A stretch of 50,748 bases of DNA from a virus (taxonomy: Duplodnaviria; Caudoviricetes). This document shows, in pieces, positions 17,000 through 24,474 of this stretch. Positions within the stretch are counted from its first letter, which is position 1. Each line of letters opens with the position of its first letter. Position numbers and translations under genes: made by a program. Location: the IMG/VR virus record IMGVR_UViG_3300011339_000660, positions 1 through 50,748 of that record; one strand, given 5' to 3'. The notes beneath the pieces were generated by a model. It saw nothing but the letters and a program-made list of their open reading frames with translations, was not told where the DNA came from and did not search any database.

Positions 17000-17051
17000 G
17001 CAAGATAGGTACAAGGCGTGGACAAACCATTGCGATTTATCCACAACCTTG
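17000..17051. promoter_or_regulatory. Inverted repeat with a consensus DnaA box next to a promoter-like element
   Basis: TTATCCACA at 17037-17045; TTGTCCACG on minus at 17017-17025; TATCTTGC on minus at 17000-17007. Confidence 0.5.
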
Positions 17052-17063
17052 CACATCTTATGG

Positions 17064-17363
17064 TTAAATAGAAGGCCTATTCTTCCTGTTATCAAAGTCT
17101 TTACCACCGAATCTACCACCGCCATCCATCATCTCATCTTCGACAGTTATTTCATAAGATATATCTATCCAATCAGATGCATCCATTGAGTAACGCTTAG
17201 TTTCGTCAATGATTTCGCTCCAACGGTATGAGTCTATCTCTGAGCTGTCAGACATTAGCAGTATTTCCTTTGCGGTTTCAAGTGCCGACTCTTTACTATC
17301 TGCATGGATATCATGCTCTTCTCTTTCCCATGCGATTACTTTGCGATAGATTGTTACCTTCAT
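17064..17363 (-). CDS. Hypothetical protein
   Basis: 99-aa acidic ORF. Confidence 0.65.
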   Translation of the reverse strand: MKVTIYRKVIAWEREEHDIHADSKESALETAKEILLMSDSSEIDSYRWSEIIDETKRYSMDASDWIDISYEITVEDEMMDGGGRFGGKDFDNRKNRPSI

Positions 17364-17650
17364 AGTTCTACTTTTACAGTTTTAATGAATCCTCTCATTG
17401 CGTTTGTCTCTGCTTCGTTTGGAGTGCTGTACAGAGTGCTGTCTATCTTTAACTTACCACCGAAGATATATGCATTAGCATACATTACTTTAGTTGTGTT
17501 AAGATCAAGCTTAGACTTGTGTTTCTTACCACGCCTACCATCCTTGTCCCATGTAAGAACTTTGCCATCTACAGTTCCTACTTGTACTCCTAACTCTTTT
17601 ACAAAGCAAAGGTTTGTTACTTTCTTTCCATTTTTCGTGAACATAATCAT
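17360..17650 (-). CDS. Hypothetical protein
   Basis: TKNGKKV...TWDKDGR...DL. Confidence 0.7.
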   Translation of the reverse strand: MIMFTKNGKKVTNLCFVKELGVQVGTVDGKVLTWDKDGRRGKKHKSKLDLNTTKVMYANAYIFGGKLKIDSTLYSTPNEAETNAMRGFIKTVKVEL

Positions 17651-17665
17651 TGGTTTTTGTTTGGT

Positions 17666-17914
17666 TTATAATACAGGCAATACGCCATTTTCTCCATAAA
17701 ATAATACCCCTCCATCGTTCCCCTCATCATCTGATGATAGGATGCATGAAGTCCCGTCATTAAGAAAGAAACAGATAGGTCTACTATACCATCCCATGTG
17801 CTCCATCTCTTCATCATTAAGGTATCTAACCTCAACAATAGTTTTACCTTGAAGGGTTTTCTTAGCTACTCCATTCCAGTAGGCTTCTAGTTCTTGTTTT
17901 GTTTTTGTTTGCAT
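17666..17914 (-). CDS. Hypothetical protein
   Basis: L.GKTIVEVRY...E....GW...S.DDEGNDGG.LF. Confidence 0.75.
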   Translation of the reverse strand: MQTKTKQELEAYWNGVAKKTLQGKTIVEVRYLNDEEMEHMGWYSRPICFFLNDGTSCILSSDDEGNDGGVLFYGENGVLPVL

Positions 17915-17915
17915 A

Positions 17916-18278
17916 TTATAATTCTGCTTCAAAGGAACATTGTCCTGTTTGGATAATAGATTTTTCTATCTTCTTTCCTAAAAGATAGTCCGCGTAATCA
18001 TTTAAGCAACTAATTGGGATGCCTTCTTTCTCCAACATCTCATCATTGCATCCATCATGTTCTGAAAAGAACTTGAATAACTTTAGCATATTATCTCCTA
18101 ACTTATCCTCTATCCTTTTTAGTTCTATTTGAACATCCTCTAGGTGATCATCATGAAAGAAGTACTGAATGTAACCTGGTTCACACTCAGCATCCTTGCT
18201 GAATCTTGATGCCGAATTGCTTGGCTGAACGCCAAACCAAAATTTACCTTCAATGTCTCCGCTGTAATACCTTCCCAT
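17916..18278 (-). CDS. Hypothetical protein
   Basis: MGRYYSGDIEGKFWFGVQ.S...LG.KI...G.C.FEAEL. Confidence 0.75.
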   Translation of the reverse strand: MGRYYSGDIEGKFWFGVQPSNSASRFSKDAECEPGYIQYFFHDDHLEDVQIELKRIEDKLGDNMLKLFKFFSEHDGCNDEMLEKEGIPISCLNDYADYLLGKKIEKSIIQTGQCSFEAEL

Positions 18279-18289
18279 GGTTGTTGTTT

Positions 18290-18487
18290 TTAGTAATTAA
18301 AACTGTGTGATTGCTGTATCCAAATACCTTTTATCTTTTTCTCAACAGTGTAGTCTCCATTGTACAGCCTGTTTTCTCTATTGGTTAGCCATACCCTAAC
18401 ATCACCGTCATCTATCTTCAGCTCATCTCCATCCCAGGCTTGCTCAATGGTGTCTCTGTTGATTAACTCTTCTCTTGTGTACTCCAT
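18290..18487 (-). CDS. Hypothetical protein
   Basis: Start moved to MEYTREE. Confidence 0.6.
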   Translation of the reverse strand: MEYTREELINRDTIEQAWDGDELKIDDGDVRVWLTNRENRLYNGDYTVEKKIKGIWIQQSHSFNY

Positions 18488-18497
18488 AATTGTTGTT

Positions 18498-18758
18498 TTA
18501 GTTTGATGAAAAATAAAGTTCTCCGTTGTTTTTGAATACGTATTCTTGCCCATTCTCTACAATGGTAACGAGTGTACCATTCCTAAGTCCATCTGAATAA
18601 AACTTGGCATATGGATCAGGCGAGTTGTCTAATACCTTTAGCACATTGGTTGGGTCCACCCTAGTACACCCGTATATGGGTGTATGGGTGAACGCGATTC
18701 TTACCATAGGAAAATCATTTGCCAATAATTGTCTGTAATAGCCTTTTGTAGGTTGCAT
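18498..18758 (-). CDS. Hypothetical protein
   Basis: 86-aa ORF. Confidence 0.6.
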   Translation of the reverse strand: MQPTKGYYRQLLANDFPMVRIAFTHTPIYGCTRVDPTNVLKVLDNSPDPYAKFYSDGLRNGTLVTIVENGQEYVFKNNGELYFSSN

Positions 18759-18798
18759 AACATTTGTTTTTGATTGCTAGAAAATATCTTGATGAGAG

Positions 18799-19860
18799 TC
18801 AGAAAGGTGCTACTGATCCGTGAAAGCCACAGCAGTAAGAACATAAGCCATCTTTAGATAACTCACTTTCAAAGTAGTCAATGCTACAATTCCAACACTC
18901 TGCTTTAACCGAAGAAGATGTCTTGCTATACTTCTTGCCATCGTATGTCCAACCATCCCATAGATCAGCATTGGTATCTTTCTTATCGTATGTACCATAC
19001 CAATCATCAGCATATCCACCATAACCACTGCCAAAGCTTTTGCCGTATCCACTGCTGTAGCCCTTGCTGTAGTTGAATGAGCCACCATAAGACTTAGTTA
19101 CTTTAGGAGGAAGGTCAAACGTATACACCTTGGTGCAATTAACCATTATACTATACACCATGTTGAGACAATTCTCTACATCGTGTAGGTTAATCATCTC
19201 ATCATCGCAATGTGGATTATAATAACCACATGACATGTTAGCTACAGCTACACCTACCCCATTCTCAGCTAACTGAAACACATCGGTAAGACCACCCGTT
19301 GACTCACTATAGCCATACTCCTCAATGATTGGGGATATGTCAGTATAGAACTCCTCACCATATAAGTCAGTACCGAATATGTTGTATACAAAATCCTTAT
19401 TGCCTTTGCGGTCGCACTGCAATACAAACCTAACGTCATTGAAGAATGACATATCAGCAAGGCTACTACCTACACATCCAATCTCCTCATCTCTAAAGAA
19501 GGCAGCCTTGCAGTAGTCCAGGCTATCAAGCATTGTCATTGCGATATATATACCCACCTTATCGTCACCACCAATCCCTGTGGGTGTCATGTTCTTGATG
19601 TCGTATGCCATAGCAATGTTGTCATCGTGTACTACCATGTAGTCCGCGTCGGGTATAATATCATGGACTGTATCGGTGTGCGATACGATACATGGGTAGT
19701 AACCATCGGGGCTGATACCCTTAGTAATATAGAGGTTACCCTCAGAATAGTCTACCTCATACCCACGTTCAAGGCACTTGTCAAAGATATATTCAGCCAT
19801 GCGTTCTGTCTTTCCGGAATAGGACTGAATGTTTAGGATTTCTAAAAAGTTACTGTTCAT
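18799..19860 (-). CDS. M20/M28-family zinc peptidase with G/Y/S-rich linker and C-terminal CxxC...CxxC
   Basis: SHTDTVH, GGDDKVG, DEEIG..GS, Q.DR, GYYNPH metal-ligand motifs. Confidence 0.88.
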   Translation of the reverse strand: MNSNFLEILNIQSYSGKTERMAEYIFDKCLERGYEVDYSEGNLYITKGISPDGYYPCIVSHTDTVHDIIPDADYMVVHDDNIAMAYDIKNMTPTGIGGDDKVGIYIAMTMLDSLDYCKAAFFRDEEIGCVGSSLADMSFFNDVRFVLQCDRKGNKDFVYNIFGTDLYGEEFYTDISPIIEEYGYSESTGGLTDVFQLAENGVGVAVANMSCGYYNPHCDDEMINLHDVENCLNMVYSIMVNCTKVYTFDLPPKVTKSYGGSFNYSKGYSSGYGKSFGSGYGGYADDWYGTYDKKDTNADLWDGWTYDGKKYSKTSSSVKAECWNCSIDYFESELSKDGLCSYCCGFHGSVAPF

Positions 19861-19872
19861 TGTATTATTATT

Positions 19873-21282
19873 TTATATGTTTGAAATTTCTTGTGTTGCA
19901 ATATCGCTATGAGACCCAATCAAAAACCATGAGCCACTATTAATACACCTAACAGACTCAGACTTGAGAGCGTAGTCATCATTCCACAGCTGTACTGCAT
20001 CGGACAGCTCTACCCATGACCCGTCATAAAGCTCCACTGCATCATCCTCATGCACATATTCTCCATTGGATAACTCCCTAGCCTGATCGTATGGTACTGC
20101 TGTACCATCACGAAGCCATGTAATATCATCAACGTGCATGTACTCATCATGAATATCTACATATGCGATGTCTTCAGAGCCAAGGCAGTAGTATGCCCTA
20201 CGCCTGTGTACATATACGCAGTCATCCTCAAGGCGATACCCGTCACTTGTGTCATGAGCCTCGTCACTGTGTACATACCCAACTACATACCTACCATTGT
20301 GGTTGCGGTAATCCAGGTATGTGGCATCATCCTCATCAATCATGTTGCCATTAATATCCTCAACATTAGAACTGCTTTCATCAAATGAACCATCGGTACA
20401 TCTTAGTGTGCGGTAGTCACTAAACCCACTAGATTGGTTTGATATTCTGCCCGTAACCATGCACAGATACATCATAGTATCCATATATGGGTAATAGTAG
20501 AGGTCAAACCTATTCAACTGAGCTGTCACCCTTGAGCTATTGTTATTCCTACCCTCACCATTCAAATCAAACTCACTCCAATGACATGAGTGGTTGGACT
20601 TGTAACTTATGCCATTTGCCTTGGCAAAGTTGATGAACACTGACTTGAGCGAGTCAGCAGAGTACACTGTATCCATACACAGACCTTGGTCAGTCTTCCA
20701 CAACAGCGCCCTACCATGTACCTTATGCTCTGCATCAAGCAGTACAATAAGGCTGACAGTATCAGGGTTCTTGCTGAATATGTCAAAGTAATTCTCATCA
20801 ACGTGGCGCATACAGCTGTTGATAAGGTTGCCACCGGCCTCTCTAGCATATGCATCTTGATTGTAATACAATGGTATCAGTTCGCCATTGCATACAGCAA
20901 TTCTATACACAGGATCGCTACCGCCATCGCCATCACCATTGACACCTACATAAGATGCAACATAGTTGCTGAACTTTTCGTAGTGTGTATCTGTTATGCG
21001 AAGATGGTTGACTACATCGGGATGCATTACTTTGCGAATTACCCTTGCAGTCTTGCCGTCTTGCCTACCCTCTCTACTCCACTTGCCGTCATCATTTACC
21101 TTATGCTCCTTTCCTGACGGAAGGAATGAAATCATACCGCCACGCATAGTGAGGTAGTTGACTTCATCGCTGACACTGTAAGTACTGTAGGAGGTGAGGG
21201 CACAACAGATTTGGCAGTTATGCTCACGATAGATTTCATTGACCATCCTCTTAAAGGATGCAGACATGTTGAGATTGCTCAT
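19873..21282 (-). CDS. PcfJ-like protein with C-terminal acidic repeats
   Basis: NSCMR, GRALLW, MD.VY, YPYMDT motifs; ~14-aa (L.DG..V...DA) repeats. Confidence 0.6.
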   Translation of the reverse strand: MSNLNMSASFKRMVNEIYREHNCQICCALTSYSTYSVSDEVNYLTMRGGMISFLPSGKEHKVNDDGKWSREGRQDGKTARVIRKVMHPDVVNHLRITDTHYEKFSNYVASYVGVNGDGDGGSDPVYRIAVCNGELIPLYYNQDAYAREAGGNLINSCMRHVDENYFDIFSKNPDTVSLIVLLDAEHKVHGRALLWKTDQGLCMDTVYSADSLKSVFINFAKANGISYKSNHSCHWSEFDLNGEGRNNNSSRVTAQLNRFDLYYYPYMDTMMYLCMVTGRISNQSSGFSDYRTLRCTDGSFDESSSNVEDINGNMIDEDDATYLDYRNHNGRYVVGYVHSDEAHDTSDGYRLEDDCVYVHRRRAYYCLGSEDIAYVDIHDEYMHVDDITWLRDGTAVPYDQARELSNGEYVHEDDAVELYDGSWVELSDAVQLWNDDYALKSESVRCINSGSWFLIGSHSDIATQEISNI

Positions 21283-21299
21283 GTGTGTGGTTTTTATGA

Positions 21300-21521
21300 T
21301 TAAGAAAAAGATTTCCGTTCACGAATAGCGCGGTTGATGTACCCTTTACGATACTTGACATGAGAGTCATGAGCGACCTTCATAAAGAAGATGCATGAAA
21401 CCAGTGAGAGGATAGCATACTTTAAGTAGTGGAAATGCCCCCCAATACTAAAGATTAGGAAGATAAAGAAGGCTTGACCCGTGAGGATCACTAAGGCATC
21501 AAATACGTCTGACTTTTTCAT
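21300..21521 (-). CDS. Small two-TM membrane protein
   Basis: Two hydrophobic segments, basic C-terminus. Confidence 0.6.
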   Translation of the reverse strand: MKKSDVFDALVILTGQAFFIFLIFSIGGHFHYLKYAILSLVSCIFFMKVAHDSHVKYRKGYINRAIRERKSFS

Positions 21522-21577
21522 GTGCGTGTGTGTTTAGATTGCAATTTAGCAATTATTAATGAATAAAAATGTTAAAA

Positions 21578-21730
21578 CTACCAATTAATTCCAAGGGCTA
21601 GCTTGCCTATCGCTGTGATTCTTTGATGGCCATTGACCATGTATGTAGATACGTAGGTCATTTGAACTGCGAGGGCTATGAGGATCACTACGCCCATGAT
21701 AATTGATACTGCTTTTTCTTGTTTGCTCAT
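21578..21730 (-). CDS. 50-aa membrane protein
   Basis: MSKQEKAVSIIMGVVILIALAVQ...LGINW; below track cutoff. Confidence 0.5.
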   Translation of the reverse strand: MSKQEKAVSIIMGVVILIALAVQMTYVSTYMVNGHQRITAIGKLALGINW

Positions 21731-21748
21731 TTTACTTGGTTTTGATGA

Positions 21749-22180
21749 TTAACGATATATTGTTGCGATGCGTCTTCCATTAATGTCTGTCAAGTTGTAT
21801 GCAAAGACATCAAAACCGCCCTCTTCTTTGATAGTATACTCATCAAAAGAATGCTGAATAGACTCGTAGAAACCTCCTATGTCATACAGGTCAGCGTCCT
21901 CTGTCTTTCTTATCTCAATTCCTCCATCATTTATGTACGATATGGAGCAACCTTTAAGATGCTTGAATATAAGATCGACTACATCATCGTGTTGGCTAAT
22001 GTTAACCTTGTTTGCAATATCATTAAGAGCATACACCATACTAGTATCATCATTAAACTCAATAGGGCCGTAAAATGGATACCTTTCACCATCAATACCT
22101 ACAGTGTATGGCTTTATGGTTTTTGTTGCGATACAAACAGAAGCATTTACTTCGTTGCTAAATTTGAATTCTAAGTTCAT
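21749..22180 (-). CDS. Hypothetical protein
   Basis: Start moved to MNLEFKF. Confidence 0.65.
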   Translation of the reverse strand: MNLEFKFSNEVNASVCIATKTIKPYTVGIDGERYPFYGPIEFNDDTSMVYALNDIANKVNISQHDDVVDLIFKHLKGCSISYINDGGIEIRKTEDADLYDIGGFYESIQHSFDEYTIKEEGGFDVFAYNLTDINGRRIATIYR

Positions 22181-22184
22181 GTTA

Positions 22185-22370
22185 TTAGTTTTTACAAGAT
22201 TCTTCAATAGCTGTTGCAATACAGCCGATTACTAAAGATGCGATGGCAAAGCAACACCTTCCGCTTTGACCCCATTCATATGGGTTAGGCATGAAGGATA
22301 TGAATGATACCAAAGCATACATGCTGATGAGCACAATGCTCAATATGTAGATGAACCTATGCTTACGCAT
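22185..22370 (-). CDS. Small two-TM membrane protein
   Basis: YALVSFI...NPYEW...GR pattern. Confidence 0.6.
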   Translation of the reverse strand: MRKHRFIYILSIVLISMYALVSFISFMPNPYEWGQSGRCCFAIASLVIGCIATAIEESCKN

Positions 22371-22569
22371 ACAACCCCCTTTCTACAGCTTGCATAGCTG
22401 TTTTAAGTTGGAAAGACTTGTACATTGCCCATGCGTCAGCCATCCTTTCTTTATGGTCTGTCTTTTCAGAGAGAGCATAATATTTGCTGATGAGGGTCTC
22501 TGTGGTGCTCTTTTTGGCTACCACTGACTTGCCTTGGTAGACAAGTGTTGTCTTAATTCTCTGTCTCAT
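22363..22569 (-). CDS. Hypothetical protein
   Basis: 68 aa, ACAACACACA-ATG start context. Confidence 0.65.
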   Translation of the reverse strand: MRQRIKTTLVYQGKSVVAKKSTTETLISKYYALSEKTDHKERMADAWAMYKSFQLKTAMQAVERGLYA

Positions 22570-22625
22570 TGTGTGTTGTGTTCAGATGTACTGCTGTCCC
22601 CCAGTATATGTGTGATTAAAAAATA

Positions 22626-22672
22626 GGCAATGGGAGGGAGTCGAACCCAACCTACAGGCGACCATCCATTGC
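22626..22672 (-). ncRNA. Minimal tRNA-like element C (acceptor stem + T-loop only)
   Basis: GCAATGG/CCATTGC 7-bp stem with GGG-TTCGACT-CCC at the tRNA T-arm spacing; only 15 nt replace the D and anticodon arms. Confidence 0.55.
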
Positions 22673-22679
22673 TTTTAAA

Positions 22680-23110
22680 AAGTTATTCACGCGTGATCAT
22701 TCCATTATGCAACAACATCCCGTTGTTCATAGTATTTTACTCCCTACTTATTCAACATCCAACACCCACTTATAGTGTAGGATGGCTTTCGCCCAGGAGG
22801 GGTCTATTACAGCTATTTGATAGCCTCAGCGGACCAAGGGCATTACCCCTCACCTTTCGGTCGAACCCGCTTAAATACGTTTACCACAATGCCTTAAAAC
22901 GTACGAAAATTACATGCATTTTCCTTGCAAATGTATGCCATAGCCTTGCATCCTTACAGCAAAGTTGTGCATCTCAAAAGCCCACTTGGATTTGTATTGT
23001 CTACAATGATGCCAATGCATTACCCACAAGGTGAATTAGTTGTTCTCAAAAATAGTTGAACGCAACCCACCTATGGCGTAGAATAATGGATGACAATGCA
23101 CCATAAATAA
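22680..23110 (-). ncRNA. Large structured non-coding RNA candidate
   Basis: No credible ORF; GAAA tetraloop hairpins, a three-way junction, and G-U pairs that favour the minus strand. Confidence 0.55.
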
Positions 23111-23114
23111 TACC

Positions 23115-23131
23115 CAATATGTCAAAGAAAC
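23115..23131 (-). promoter_or_regulatory. boxA-like antitermination motif GTTTCTTTGACATATTG
   Basis: Resembles rRNA-operon boxA as recalled for Bacteroidota (GTTCTTTGACAT-type); second copy at 23805-23820. Confidence 0.6.
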
Positions 23132-23234
23132 TTTTCATATCAGTTGAAGAACTCAGAAAGAGCTAAGGGCACAGAAAGCACCCCCCAACTTCAGCTATGA
23201 GAGTTTTTGCCTAAAAAAAACTGAAAAATAAAAG

Positions 23235-23262
23235 AAAAAAAGAGGGGAGTCGAACCCCTCTT
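23235..23262 (-). terminator. Intrinsic terminator with a tRNA T-loop
   Basis: AAGAGGGG-TTCGACT-CCCCTCTT followed by a T run. Confidence 0.75.
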
Positions 23263-23281
23263 ACCTTCCGGTAGTATAGCC

Positions 23282-23746
23282 TTACTTTTTTGATGCATAT
23301 CTTTTTACTAACTGACCAATTAACCAAACCGAATATTTACCGGATTTTTCGTACTGCTTTTTTTCGTAATCTGTCCTAAATTCGGCTAAGTTCGGGAGCT
23401 GTGAAATTTCATCCGCAGTTATATTATTGAATTGTGCGAAGAAATTAACTGCATCCGCAAATTTTAACCAACGTTTTAGGCAGTACATATACCCTCCTGC
23501 ATCTAATTTGTGCAGTTTGTTTATTGTTTGTAGACTTCGTTGAATTTGTCCCGCAGTTACACCCTCTGAAAGGTAGACTACCACTTTTTTACTTTCTTTG
23601 TTAGCTTTGTCAATCTTTGCGGCTGCTTCTTTGCCGGTAACCGCTTTTGTTATTTCGGCTTTTGCTTTTGACTTTCCGGCAGTCGCTTTGTTTGTTGCTT
23701 TTGCTTTGCTTTGTGCTTTTGCTGTGCTTTGTGTTTTTGTGCTCAT
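23282..23746 (-). CDS. First early gene; Lys/Ala-rich N-terminus
   Basis: 154 aa, histone-H1-like KAKA composition in the first ~50 aa. Confidence 0.7.
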   Translation of the reverse strand: MSTKTQSTAKAQSKAKATNKATAGKSKAKAEITKAVTGKEAAAKIDKANKESKKVVVYLSEGVTAGQIQRSLQTINKLHKLDAGGYMYCLKRWLKFADAVNFFAQFNNITADEISQLPNLAEFRTDYEKKQYEKSGKYSVWLIGQLVKRYASKK

Positions 23747-23804
23747 GGCTTTGATTTTTAATGTATAATGAATAAATAATGAATAAACAAAGTAATTTTA
23801 TAGG

Positions 23805-23820
23805 CAATATTTCAAAGAAC
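23805..23820 (-). promoter_or_regulatory. boxA-like motif GTTCTTTGAAATATTG
   Basis: ~100 nt downstream of a TAACTTTA promoter-like box (23923-23930). Confidence 0.6.
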
Positions 23821-23829
23821 GAAAACCAG

Positions 23830-24450
23830 TATTTCGGCTAAAAAAAATTTAGAGCAAATGCATAGCATTGGCAAAGCTCAGACAGAGCTCCCGAACGGCT
23901 TAACGAAATAAAAGAACTGCAGTAAAGTTATAAATAATATTTGAAATAATATGTATAAAATGAAAGTATTTTTCAACTATTTACGAAAACGTTTTCGTTA
24001 ATTTATTTTGTTATATCGCAAAAAATATGTATTGCGAAACGTTACAATTTATTATGTAATTAATACATATTAAAGGGAATTTTTCACTACATGGCAAAGG
24101 ATGGTGAATTTTTCAAGGTGAATAGGTAGCGGAAAGGAACACAGCGAAGCAATACAACTTTTCAACGAATTTCCCAAACCAAAACAGTATCTTTAAGAAA
24201 AGATTAACATATTAGAGATTTTTCTAATATGAAGGGTACTCGGTTAGGTAAAACGGTTTTCCTGGATGATCTTTGGCGCAAAAAAAAATATGGGACCCTT
24301 ACGACATTACATACCTACCCTTATTTTTGCACAGTAAAATCCCTTAAATATGCACAATAGGATACCCTTTAATATATATAAGAAGGAAACTTCATAACTA
24401 ACTGACAATCAATACTAAGATTCCCCTATTAGGGGATTAATTCCGCCAAT
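23830..24450. other. Divergent AT-rich non-coding region (candidate genome end / origin)
   Basis: Strand switch; palindromes at 23983-23998, 24209-24230 and 24422-24436. Confidence 0.5.
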
Positions 24451-24474
24451 AGTATGAAAAGTGTATATTTGGGT

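Noticed and set aside
22770-22830. Hammerhead ribozyme (CTGA...GAAA on minus strand)
   Set aside because: The sequence is CTGAGGC, not CUGANGA, and the GAAA is a tetraloop
22630-23034. 134-aa plus-strand ORF
   Set aside because: Opposite to all neighbours, no A-rich start context, atypical composition; region is better explained by minus-strand RNA structure
22626-23110. tmRNA or two-piece tmRNA
   Set aside because: No G3-U70 alanine identity in the acceptor stem, the acceptor strands are only ~30 nt apart, and no tag ORF is evident
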